Assembly: GCA_002633005.1 (NCBI GenBank)
Contig: NMRA01000940.1
Coordinates: forward strand, 28,901 to 92,900
Direction: 5' to 3'
From: Phoronis australis
Taxonomy: Eukaryota; Animalia; Phoronida
Length of the DNA stretch: 64,000 nucleotides
Shown: in pieces, positions 36,501 through 48,107 of the stretch
How the letters are laid out: the number at the start of each line of letters is the position of its first letter
Numbering within the stretch: the first letter of the stretch is position 1
Program-made: the position numbers and the translations under genes
Notes under the pieces: model-generated
Databases searched by the model: none
What the model was told of the DNA's origin: nothing
Seen by the model: the letters and a program-made list of their open reading frames with translations, nothing else

Positions 36501-39500
36501 TCAATTTGTCCAGCGACTATTAAGAAGTCTGATGTAGCTGTATGTTTTGAGCTTATACATGATGCTATGAAAGAAAAACTTATTGACCCTGATAAAGAGA
36601 CTGAACTGAAGGTTGATTTAACAAGATTAGCGTCAACACCCACACGCCATCTTGGAGTGATTTGAGAAAGTTTAAGGTGATCAAAGAACTGCGAAGAAAC
36701 AAAAACCTAGTGATAATTAGACCCGATAAGGGAAAGGGTGAAGTGATTTTAGATCGTAATGATTATGTCAATTCTTTAAATGAAATGCTGAGTGATGTAT
36801 CGAAGTTTAGACGTGTCAAAGCAGATCCTACACTAACTAGAGAAGGACAGCTGCAGAGGTGTTTACGCAAAATTAAGAATGATGGTCGTTTAGATACTGA
36901 AACGCACAACTATTTATATTCACGGTTCACAGCCAGGTAGACTATATGGCCTACCAAAGATACACAAACAGACAGAGGATTCCATTCCTCCATTTAGACC
37001 TATTGTGTCGTCTGTGAATACTTTCAATTATAATCTTGCCAAGTACCTATGTAAGCTATTCAAACCACATATAAATGAGGACTATTCAGCAGGTAATACA
37101 TTCTCCTTCGTTTCTGAGGTTAGCGGTCAAGTTCTCAGGTTCGGTTCTTTTGTTTACTAACCTACCTGTGGACGAACGTATATCTTTGGCTACTGACTGT
37201 ATAATGAAAAACGATCCCAGTGTAAAGATTACTCGAGCTGAACTCACGTAGCTATTCAAATTTGCTACCAGCAAAACACATTTTGTATTTAATGGGGAGT
37301 TTTTTAACCAAATTGATGGTATAGCAATGGGTTCACCTTTGGCTCCCATATTAGCCGGCATGTTTTTAGTTCACCATGAGAAAACATGGATTGAGACGTA
37401 CAGTACACTGGTCCACATGTCTATTTCTACCGACGATTTATAGATGATGTGTTTTGTATATTTGAAAATCAGCAGTCAGCCCAGGAATTTTTGGTGAATT
37501 TAAACTCGAGGCATCGACAACATTTTGCCATTTCTGGACATGTTAGTGGAGCGTAAGGGTACCACAGTGATAACATCAATATTTCATAAGAAGACCTATA
37601 CACAGGACTACACTTGTTTTCATAGCTTCACATTCCTTGTTTTTAAAGTAGGTATCGTTAAAACTTTAATAGACAGGGCATATCGCATTACAACACTTGG
37701 GCTAGATTTGATTCTAATATTTTAAAAGAACTAACAACGAATTTACAAAAGAATGGCTATTCCCTAGAAGTAGTCAACAGGGTACTGAAAGCAAAACTCC
37801 TACGTAACCCTGATGATGTTCTTCCTGTAGACAAAACTAACTACAAGTACTTTAAAATACCCTATGTTGGGTTTTACGCCAAGATTGCTCAACAAAAACT
37901 CAACAAATTGGTGAATGATTACTGTGTGAACTTAAGAGTTGTGTTAACATTCAAGTCTCTAAAACTGTCAAATTTATTTAACCCTAAGGACAAAATTACA
38001 TTCTCTCTTCTGATGGTGGTGTTTGAATAAATGACACTGAAACATGTCAAGTCGACTTAAAACCACTGTTGTTTTCTTTAACTATATGCTGCTACTTGCT
38101 ATCATGGAAATAAATGAACCTCAAATTAATTCTAAGGGTACGGAAGCAAGATAAGCAGTCTAATTACAGATGAGGCCACAGGAGGTTTTTGTAGATGTGC
38201 TTCTGGTGAATCATATGAGCCTCTGACTTAGCTACAGCTGAATGGTTACCACGCTTGCCGGTTTTATGGGGTCGCTGGTTCGATCCCCGGATCGGGTAAT
38301 CTCGGCTATTAATACAAGATCATTTATTTTAAGGAAATGAAGTCAATGTGCAGGTAGCGGGACAAGCAAAATTGGTTGTTTTATCTCAAATTCAAGGACC
38401 ATCAAGTTCAGACTTGGATTAAAAACTTGTAATGTACTTGAGCATAGACTAATAGTGACGTACCTCAGTTTTTATTACAGCAGGATGGAAAATGTCAAAA
38501 ATAATTTCGAGTTCAATCTCTAGTACAAGGATTAGACACCGGGACCAGATGTTCGTGCCATGAGAATGACATTTACTGACCATGCTACACAAAAATCCCG
38601 TCCACAAACACAGCCCAACCTAGAAAAACTTGCACTAGTGACTCACCCCACTTTTGAGTGGAGCATCCATAGCAACTAAGGTAAAACGGAAGTCGTCGGT
38701 CACTCTGTGCATGACAATGGACAGCTGATAAAAGCACGCGTGATAGTTATTCCGGCCTTACCCCAGCTTTGCGGCCACACAACGACTGAAGTAGCGCAAG
38801 TAACCCTCCCTCGGTGGAGTAAGTTGTCATATAAGTGGGATAAGTTGCACTATAGTTCAAATCACAGGCGTCCTTCAGTTAGCTTCAGATCGTCCCAAAT
38901 GCACCATATATTTAGAATCGTAGATTTATAGCGTATTGGGGACGCTTACGTGGTTCAAATAGCGTACATACAGACTCATGCAAACCTAGCGACAGCTCGT
39001 TCAAAGTGTAACTTGTTCAAGGGTAAGTCTGTGCAATGAGCTATACCAGGAGCTCATTGGTCTGTGTGTGGAACGGTACCCAAGACTAGCCCAGGTGAGG
39101 CGCCTTAGCCCAATCAAGCAGCAAGTCAAACATATTTATCAAGACATGCCTGAGTTAACTTAGCGTGTAGCGCCTGAGTGCAATCATTTACACCAGATTA
39201 GTTTTACTGCACTGGAAACACGGTATGCGGTGTCTGCAGGTGACCGGGGTGAGCGGGGTTAATTTTTTAATCGCATCAGTTGAACTATTGACGTGAAATG
39301 ACCCGGCACCTGTGCACGTAAGCCATTTCGATTCCGCATTTTTAAGGTTGGCTAACACCACACTCTGAAGCGTTTTCTTGAATCGCCGATGGTTTCCACG
39401 TTTTTGTCAGTAACGGAAATACAAGTCAACTCTATCACTATGTAGAATACATGGATACCTATTTTAAACATGTAAAAGGCATAAATCATTTTTTACTTTT

Positions 39501-42500
39501 AGCCACCTGAAAGCAGAGCGAAATGCACTTTTAAACATCGTTGTTAACCGCAGTTGACTGGCGATTTATTGAGTGTATAAAGTGTGATGAGAGGGGCGTC
39601 GCGTGTAAAAATACCTGCATCAAGGGACAAGACATATACGTTTTAACTTTAATAACTCATAAGATAATTTGACCACAAGAGGGCCGTGGACCGGAGAGCG
39701 CCGATGGAAACTGATGGATGAGTAGTATCTTTCAAGTTCACATGCTTTTGTATACACGACGCTGTATCTTGTCCCTTGTCCTTTGCTTGTTAAAGCGGAT
39801 TTGACCTGCGTTTCGTCAAAATAACTTGGACCTACTTACGCTATAAAATTGATCTGAGTTTGTTCCTTATTCAGTGACTTTTGGACTAGAAATGAACTGA
39901 AAAATAGTATTTGTTCGGCTCATAAATGACGTACCGTGACAACCCAGCTTAACGAAAAAGAAATCACCAGTAATTTGACTAAAGAACAATTTAGACCGAT
40001 TTCGTAACGGTAGGCGGTCAAAATAAACTTATTTTGTACTGAAGGCGGGGTAGCAGTAATGGCGTACAGTAGTATTTCATTTTGACAAAGAATTTTAGGT
40101 AGTCTATAAATTCAAAAACGTCTGAGAAGTCGAATAAGATAGCGATGGATTTTTGGTGTTGTTAAACAGGATTAAAACTATGAACCCAAGTTCTTAAAAC
40201 AATTAAAACTTATTTCATCGTCATTTAGCAAATTTTAATTTTTTAGATTGTGGTAAGTGCGTGTAAAATATGTGCTGGGAATGCTGAAACGCTAACTAAG
40301 CTACAGATTAAGGTTCGCCTAAATATGGGGCCGCGCCTCGTAGCCAAAGAGACGAGCAGAGAAGTGAAAAATTGCAGCGACCTGGAGTGGGTGTAGTCAT
40401 AGTTACGACTCGTTGTACACGCATGCGTGTCAGTTTTGAGTTGTCTGATCAACGTTTGTTCCCGCCCTGCAATGTCAAGCGCTACTCTATTTATTTACTG
40501 TGTTTTATATAACGTGTCGTCTGAAAATTAATATTAAAACTACTCATTATATAGGCTACATTTTGTTTCCAGACGCAAAGGGCCCGGTCATTCTTAATTG
40601 TTCAAATCCATATACCTGGGCTTGATATGAGTTTTGTTTTCCACGTTATGTAACCCGCAACTCCAATCTTTTCGCCACTGATGTTCAAAACTATTGTATC
40701 ATTGATTAAACCGTGAAATCGAGGTTCTCTGCTGATGTCCAGATTTGAGGAGAGAACGGGAAAGCTGGCATTTCGGAGGAAAGGGAGCAAGCCTTCTACT
40801 CCGTCATCGAATTCGTGGTTTCCAAGAGCCTGAAAAATAGCGTTGAGATACTTTATTTCAACAGTGCACATGCCAGTGCCTATCAAACATCGAGACTGAC
40901 TGGTTTAGTGCAATCTTTAAGGTTTTTAAACCGTAAACATTTTGAAAAGCGACTGTAAACCCGCTTTCCATCACAAAAACCAACTATTGATATGACCTCT
41001 CACCGACTGTCATGAAATTGGTTTCATAAAACTGGTGTGCAAAGTCTCAAAGAAGGAAACAAATTTAACCTGTATTGTTATATCCACCAATGACGCATCG
41101 AAAGAAAACAATTTTAGTGTCCCATCCCATAGGTGAACCAAAGGTGAATGTATGCCATGCAAAACAAAGGAAAAAATAACTTTCAAGTAAATAGACTCAA
41201 AGGAGGAAATAAATTCAACGGCGTCTTTGCTTATGGCGCACCTTTCAATAGTCTTTTTGCGAGTTTATAACAATAACGCGAGATTATGTGAGACTTAACT
41301 GTGACGTCACCGGAAGTGGGGCAAAAGCTTGTCGATTGCCATTTGCCCGATACGGTAGCAGAGTGTATTCTGTTGTTCACTTCGAGTTTTTAATCTTTTA
41401 GTGTAAAAAATACTAAACAAGCATTGCTGTTATGGCCTATGAAATTCAGATTGGCGCTACAATACGTTCCATCGCGTTCTGTACTAATTTCGTCCCGTGC
41501 AATTTAAACGGGCGGTAGGCAAAATCCGCTCACTGATTAAAAGTTTTACCTCATCAAAAATACATTCTAGACCTAAAATTATCACCTAAAAGGCGTTTAC
41601 TTTCTTCCGTGATCCTTTCTGCTTCTAAACATATATTCGATGAAGCATAGCTGCGGGAATTCAGGTGACTTTGGCGATGAATTCCAACTTCACTTTTTGG
41701 TTACTGTTAACTTTGACCGCGATAATCCTAAACTATTTTAACTGAGCCAAGTGAGTATGAGGCAAAGGCTAGCGCGAGACTGAGCGAAGCGCGTGACCTG
41801 GCGCGTGACACTTGCACAATAGCATGGGAAAATATCAAGTGAAATTTCTAAGAGTTGTGTCCCTTAAACTTTTTGTTTGTCAACAAGTGTGATTTGACGC
41901 AACTTCCTCAAAATGGCGCCCGGTGAGAGAAACTCGAAGGAACCGCGAGGTTTTCATGGATATGTTCCAGTTATTTGTGGATTAAATTGTATCCAGAGTC
42001 AGGGAATGTGCTAATTATAATTCCATGTGCATTTTTCACGTGGCGTCTTAATTGTGATTTGGCTTATCGCTCTCTTTACATTACGATTTTTCGTACACTG
42101 CTTGATATAATGATTAATCGAAGATCTAGACAGGCCGGGCGTTTCCGGACGAAAGTTCGTGCAGATCGTATAGTAGAATACAGAAAAAATCGGAGTGTGT
42201 GGACTGTAGACGGGACTTTACTAAGGAAAATGATTTCCATTTATTAGATATCTTCTCCGTTTTGTTTTTAGTGGAAAGCCCCGTAGCATGCCATAATCTT
42301 TGATATGACTAAAGAATCTAGATTTTGTTTTCGTTACTTGGGATTCCCTGTCAATCTATACATGCTTTAAAAAACAAACTAGTAACGTCTAAAATCTTTG
42401 AAATTGACCAAAAAGGCACTGAAAGAACATTGCACACCAGAGGTTCGTTTCATTGAAAAGTGACTTACGTGTCAAGACAGAAATTTGTTCCTCCTCTCCC

Positions 42501-44176
42501 ACTTCAGATTTACTGAATATAAGCAAGGAGTGTACTCTCCTTGATATAAGCTTAGCTATGTTACCGGTAGCGCATCACAATCTAAAATTATTTACACAAA
42601 AAACTCAGTATCTAGAAGTAATGAGTACTTCTCAGAGACTTTATATTTTTGCTAAAGTGAGACTTAATTTTTTTTCGGAAATAGTTGAATGGCGCGTGAC
42701 ACCAAATTTCTGATTTCGATCTTAATTCATTTTTCGTGATACAGATCGCTCACTTCTTGATTACCAAATAAGACCGCGTATTGTTCAATTCTCAGGCCAA
42801 CTGGTGGAATGCTAAGGTCGGGTCTAACCTACACACCCCAATTTTTCGAGTAGGACTGTCATCTTGCTTTACTGGTGTCTTCCGAAGATGGCGACTTCTT
42901 ATTATTAATTTGCACTTTGCACAGCGCTAATTAGATCAAGCCAGCGAAATCGCAATCTTCGAACTTGAATAAATTAGGTCAGCGGCGGCGACGTACATGT
43001 AGGCCTACACGACAATCGGAGCCAGAGAGTGGTCTAAAAGTCACATGCTAAATCAAATACGAAACATACTTTTTAAGCAGAGCGACTAAAATATAAAGCT
43101 ATGGCTCCATGGTGAGGCCTTGAACATCACTCTCTACTAAACTCTCAAACATCATCGCGGAGCAGGAACGTAAATCTATAACAGAATTTTGTAGTCGCAC
43201 ATCTGTTATTAAACATGTATTTAAAAACTTTATTGACTACAGTGAACGTTAATAGAAGCTATTAGCTGGAAGGTATCAAAAATGAACATCAGGAGATCTA
43301 GGTTATTTTGAGGGGGTATAACCATAATCTTTGACGGAAGAATGACTCAGTGCATGCCGACGGTAATATTTTTTTCTCAAGCTCTTGGTTATCTGTAGGG
43401 AATACGAGCACCCTGCCTATGGACTCCTAAATCTTCCCATGATGACGTTGTTACGCAACTCCAAACCTCATATTTCTCATTTTCATTTTTTGATATCAGC
43501 CAAAACGTAATTGGTGGTCAACTCAACCGATTGTTATTGAAGGCTCTCTTGGAAAGCAGTGCTATCGCTGAAGAGACCACCCTCATTTTAAACATCACAA
43601 TAAAGAAAAATAGTTATCAAGTCTTTTTTAGCAAAATGAGTGGCGGTAATGGATGAAACCGACTACTTTCGTACTAACTATACTTTGCAGAGCTCCCATT
43701 TCACAGTTAGCTGAACTGAGCGTTGAAGCAAAAGACTCATTCCACACTTGTTTCTACAATTTTACAGCTGGGTCGGTAAATTAAAGAGTTTAATACTTAT
43801 AGTTACTCACCATCGCGTCATACCCAAGTTTGTTCATAAAGTGTGTCACCAGCCTATGCCCGAATACACTGTGCCAAACTGTGCCTTGATACTGGTCCCC
43901 GGCGTCGAGCACAACGACATTCGCTTCCAGTTGGCGGATCTCTCTCACTTTCCACGCTAGGCGAGGGTAACCACCAAAACACAGGTCCTTGTCTTGCCAC
44001 TGCTTTGTACATTCTCCGCCGAAAGGGTTAAATTCGTCAAAGTGCGAATGAACGTCATTCGTGTGGAGCAACGTCAGAGTGAAATCACCGAGACATGAGA
44101 CTGACTGGATGCAAAGTAATGCAAACAGGGCGAAATGGTGAAGGGAGATGGTATGAAGTGAAAGTAGGCATGTCAT
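27334..44176 (-). CDS. NT5E: Ecto-5'-nucleotidase (CD73-like, GPI-anchored), complete 8-exon gene
   Basis: Exons sum to 1812 nt (603 aa + stop); signal peptide; HTNDVH, DAGDQYQG, GNHEFD, LGHSG and GGHTN metal-binding motifs; NAGGLR, LPF, FLQVSG, GGGDGY; hydrophobic C-terminus; orthology versus paralogy not established. Confidence 0.93.
27739..27875. mobile_element. Short MITE with 5-bp TSD
   Basis: CAGGGGCGGATCCAG ... CTAAATCCGCCACTG; GATTC on both sides. Confidence 0.85.
29035..29238 (-). CDS. NT5E: 5'-nucleotidase exon 7
   Basis: GSRV...CSHCRVPAY...TYLSGGGDGYSML. Confidence 0.95.
31858..32001 (-). CDS. NT5E: 5'-nucleotidase exon 6
   Basis: NITLRNLIDVLPFLNT...LEHSV...RFLQVS; not in the ORF track. 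Confidence 0.93.
32267..32527 (-). CDS. NT5E: 5'-nucleotidase exon 5
   Basis: IGNTRVFMD...CKTEECNLGNFICDA...HNAGGLR. Confidence 0.93.
32718..33170 (+). repeat. Dispersed repeat, second copy at ~41551-41975
   Basis: Collinear blocks, e.g. ggtgactttggcga, tagcgcgagactgagcgaagcgcgtga, cctcaaaatggc. Confidence 0.85.
34020..34630 (-). mobile_element. Penelope-like retroelement 3' relic (GIY-YIG tail) with inverted terminal repeats
   Basis: 34020-34112 is the reverse complement of 34541-34630; minus-strand KSVNSHVIDTGHETDFDNNKILD...KE...I...LNR is typical of the PLE endonuclease C-terminus. Confidence 0.8.
34910..35113 (-). CDS. NT5E: 5'-nucleotidase exon 4
   Basis: GPYPTVV...VVQDYMFAVYLGYLKVTF...GNPIVL. 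Confidence 0.95.
35454..35642 (-). CDS. NT5E: 5'-nucleotidase exon 3
   Basis: GVNKIIALGHSGY...DIVIGGHTNTFLYT. Confidence 0.95.
36220..36265 (-). ncRNA. Minimal type I hammerhead ribozyme motif (PLE-associated)
   Basis: ctt CTGATGA t ggtgt-loop-acacc GAAA catGTC aag on the minus strand. Confidence 0.75.
36220..38051 (+). mobile_element. Penelope-like retroelement, decayed reverse transcriptase
   Basis: Frameshifted motifs IRPDKG, RLYGLPKIHK, FRPIVS, QIDGIAMGSPLAP, YRRFIDDVF, LPFLDMLV; 53-bp inverted repeats at 36220-36272 and 37999-38051. Confidence 0.92.
38229..38306 (+). mobile_element. Degenerate tRNA-derived SINE head
   Basis: agctgaatggtta (A box-like) ... ggttcgatcccc (B box). Confidence 0.5.
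40616..40829 (-). CDS. NT5E: 5'-nucleotidase exon 2
   Basis: ALGNHEFDDGVEGL...FPVLSSN...ISSP. Confidence 0.95.
41551..41975 (+). repeat. Dispersed repeat, copy of 32718-33170
   Basis: Collinear similarity over ~430 bp. Confidence 0.85.
43811..44176 (-). CDS. NT5E: 5'-nucleotidase exon 1
   Basis: Signal peptide, FTLTLLHTNDVHSHF, CFGGYPRL, LDAGDQYQGT; ATG|gtgagt donor. Confidence 0.95.
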
Positions 44177-44285
44177 CTTGGAGGTAATACAGAATATAAA
44201 CCGTCAACCAAGCAGGTCACTGTTCAAAGACCAGTTCCTGTTGAGACAAACGGCTGCATAGACATGATTAATAGAGGTCGAGTTC

Positions 44286-44292
44286 TTATAGA
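44286..44292 (-). promoter_or_regulatory. Candidate TATA box of the 5'-nucleotidase gene
   Basis: Minus strand TATAAGA ~110 bp upstream of the ATG; CTCF-like gccgctagatgtccct at 44371-44386. Confidence 0.3.
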
Positions 44293-44555
44293 TTGTTGAC
44301 TATTGAGGAAGTGTTTGAGTTGACCCCGTTGAGGCCCACGCGTCGATACACCTGCCGAATATACCTCTACGCCGCTAGATGTCCCTAGTTTGACAAATTA
44401 TAATGACACGTGTTGGGTGAACACGAGGCTTTAGCTAGATTTTAGCTAGGTCCTAGCGTAGGTCCTAGCGTTACTGAACGCATGCCAGGAAGCCAGGGGT
44501 TCTTATCATCACTTCCCATGAACAAACCAGTGGGCGGGGGCTAGGGAGGGGGGCT

Positions 44556-45110
44556 CATTACGGCGTTTTCCCAACTTATTCGATTCCATAGCCCAACAAG
44601 GTGGGAAGATGACCCCTGTGGCCAATATCTTACACGACTGATTAATTCCATTCTGTCCTTTATGGTTGGAGGGTCAGCTCTCTTTTGTTCGATAATTCTT
44701 TGTCCGGCATCTAGCCTGACTGAGCTCTGCTTTAAAAAATAAAAGTTAATTTAAAACATATTTCAACATAAACCAATAGCATTTCTGAAATCCTCGTCAA
44801 ATGATGATCATGTTTAGCTTTTGAATTGCCAAAATCGTCCAACTACAACCGAAGTTACGACAATCTATTCTTTTCGAACGTACCATATTCGCTCTGGGTT
44901 TGACTGGGCTCACAAGTGGTCTGTAATAAGTTTGGTAGATAATCTGCCTGCCTGTTGTCATACCAGACAGAAGACTGTGCTTCGCAGTTAACAAAAAAGC
45001 TAGATCAGTGAGTGTTATCACACGTTCACAACCCTTTACATGTGGTAAAGTCATTGAAGGCTAAGAACCAATATCATATTGGTTCCTAGCTGAACGTGAA
45101 CACGCCGTCA
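44556..45110 (+). repeat. Dispersed repeat family, copy 3
   Basis: Begins cattacggcgttttccc; collinear with 23727-24290. Confidence 0.85.
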
Positions 45111-46046
45111 TGCTTACGAAAGAAGTAGAAAACGAATCAAAAGTCCACTAGTAAGGCAGGAACACAATTCACAGCACTGACCTTACCCCGTAAATCTAAG
45201 TAAAAGGTCCAATTTCTCAAAAACTTGATCCCTCCATTTTTAGGCTGGGTGCGCGTACGCTTTTTTAAAGCAAAATTCAGTACCGTTGCCGAGCTGCCGC
45301 CGCGAAATTAGTCGTTGATCCGGCTTTCCAAAAATTTTGACGGGCTACCCCACTGTTCACTTATCCTGGTCTGTAATGTCTTTTTATGAGATCATTTATC
45401 CTTGCATTGGACTGTGATAAACTTTGAATTCGATAGCCTACACAAGCGCTAACTGTTCACATAACGCTGTTTACCAAAGCATTTAACATTTTACTAAAAT
45501 AAAATTCTATTTGCTCTGCCTATCTCCGGGAAAAGAAATAACCGAAGTCAGCGAAGGACACTCGGCACTGACTCATGTACATCCATCAGCTAGTCTTGTA
45601 TAGATTAGCTGTACTTACAAGAACATGTAGATGAAAGACAAGGTCATGTAGCTAACATTTTTTCAGATATACAATCACGAAATTGTTAGCTCATTCTGTA
45701 TAACCTAATTTTTGCTCGAGTTGAACTTGGAACCTCTCAAATCGATAAAAGTATATATCTGCTCGGGACACTAGTTCTTTGACAAATTTGCAACAAAAAC
45801 GCTGAAGTCAATTCTTTAATAGGAAAATGTTGCATGTTAAATGTTTTATATTTCAATGTAGCATCAGTTACACATGGTGAATTGTTTTGTGCTGCATTCT
45901 TAAAGTATTAACATTGAGAATCACCAATAAAAATAAAAATGAAAATAAAATTTAGTTTTAGTTTGTCACGAGCTAGCTCAATTATACTTCAATAAACACA
46001 GGCGGAAACTGGCCATGACGAATGTGTGCGCCGCAATTTACAATTA

Positions 46047-46240
46047 TTGCTGTTGCTGTTGTTGTTGTTGCTGTTGATGTTGTTGTTGGAAGCCGTCTGT
46101 CACAGAGAGACCATGGATATCCGCCCCCTTGGACTACAGCGTCGCCTGTGGCTAAAAGGTTCAATTCTTGAGCGGCATATTCTGTTGCAGTTGCCACAAG
46201 TGTATACTTGGTCCTGATCAGTAGGACCAGAGGCTGTCCT
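46047..46240 (-). mobile_element. RTE-clade LINE 3' end
   Basis: Minus-strand frame YTCGNCNRICRSRIEPFSHRRRC (RTE C-terminal Cys/His motif), then a short UTR and an (AAC/CAG)n tail. Confidence 0.8.
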
Positions 46241-47608
46241 CTGAATACAAAATTTGTGCCATGAAATTTTTTCCGCCGTGGCTTTCCATAGGCATCTTTT
46301 TTCTTTAAGTAATGCTTGCTTTTCCTCTCTTCTTTGCTGACTGGTTTTAGTGCACGACTTGACAATCGGTCTCCGCCTACAATGATTACGGATAGAACAA
46401 ATAATGTACTAGCTGTATTGAACAAAAGACATTTAGATCGAATATCGAAATTCGCGGCATTGTTAGCTGTTTGCGCATTGGAATTTATTTCCTGCTTCTT
46501 ACCTGTACAAAAATTACGTAATTTCCCGATTTCGTCGAAATTTGGGTGGAGTTACATAATATACTACTTCTTTGTAACAGAACATAGACGGTCGCCTACG
46601 CTGTGTGGACAATATCGTACTTCAGGTCGGCAATGGTTTGACACAGATTATTGAGGTGAACGTTATGTAAATATCTACAGCAAATTACACTGTCAAACAA
46701 TGTATATACAACAAGGTTTCCAACTTCACGAAAGTGAAGGATCAAACTGGAGCAAACTGAGGGCCCTGACAAAGGTATAGGTTATTGGCACGTATTTGGA
46801 AGAGAACGGCATATTATCTTTTCTGGCTTATATTCATTAGGTCACGTGGTGTGAACAAAAAGATGACCGTCGGGTTGAACGGGATAAACTATTTTCCTCA
46901 TATTTCCACGCCTCACTGAAAAAGATTTATTTGACATTATGGCTTCGTCAAACACTAATTGCCGATCGCCATGGCAGAAAATGAGTTCTCAGTGGATGTC
47001 GGGAAGACTGGGGACTAGGAGCTTGACTTGTTCGTTGGGAGAGTGCCATTTGTCGCCAAATATTCTACTGATGGGGGAGGGGATGACATGGTTGGGGACC
47101 GCGGTCACGCGAGAAACCAGTTTGTGCCTGGGCCGGTCGTTCTCATACCTCAGAGATGTGAAAACTGATTGTCTCATGTCCCCTTCCCTCGGCCGTCACC
47201 AATGTCGCACCAGATTCCCCCGGCAACCGTGATATTTGCTGATTTTTATTGAAGATCAACCGTCTGAAATTGGCAAATCGTTGGACAGATTCGTTAGAAA
47301 AATGACACAAGTTTTGCGTTCTTTCAAATCTTAATTGATGAGAATATAAATCAGATGGTAGGCATTTTACGTGCACGGTATAACGATGAGGAAACGAATT
47401 AAAATGAATTGAAATTACAAGCGCACGTTTAAAAATCAGGAAACTGCTACAAGGAAGTTTGTAACAAAAATAGATCGAGCCACGCTCGGCGCCACGGTGA
47501 TACCGACAAATGATATTACCAACGGAGAACAACTTGCCTAAAGACCTTTCTTCAACATAGATAGGTAGTCAGAGGTCAGTTCAGAAAAACTTGCTACGGA
47601 TTTATTTG

Positions 47609-48018
47609 TTGTGCGTGAACTTGGAATCCTGCTTAATCTCAAGATCGCGTATGCGTGAACTCGGAATTGAATATTAATTTTTGCACACAGATGAACTTTT
47701 TTGTTCAGTGGCGGGAACTTTTGTAATTATTGGTCTCATGATCATCCATATTCTCCTGTGCCCGTAATTTGTGTGGAAAAATCGGAGGAATATGTGAATG
47801 GTGAAATTAATTATTGTTTGGTGAATAAGATTGGCAATAGTTAAAAAAGTTGGTTAAAATTTACGTTATTTTATTAAAATGTCCTTTGATTCAGTATGGT
47901 CTAAAATAAAAGCGATGTAAACATCATTATTTGAGTGAACTACTCAACTTTCCTCATGTATTCCAAGTTCACGCATGCGCCATCTTGAGATTAAGTAAGA
48001 TTTCAAGTTCACGCACAA
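47609..48018. mobile_element. MITE with ~58-bp imperfect TIRs
   Basis: ttgtgcgtgaacttggaatc...gcgtgaactcggaat vs attccaagttcacgcatgcg...caagttcacgcacaa. Confidence 0.8.
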
Positions 48019-48026
48019 TATATTGA

Positions 48027-48107
48027 CACACACACACACACACACACACACACANNNNNNNNNNNNNNNNNNNNNNNNNNNNNNNNNNNNNNCACACACA
48101 CACACAC
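48027..48107. repeat. (CA)n microsatellite spanning a gap
   Basis: acacacac on both sides of the N run. Confidence 0.95.

Noticed and set aside
45982-46425. 147-aa ORF with poly-Thr
   Set aside because: The poly-Thr is the microsatellite tail of an RTE fragment whose real frame is different
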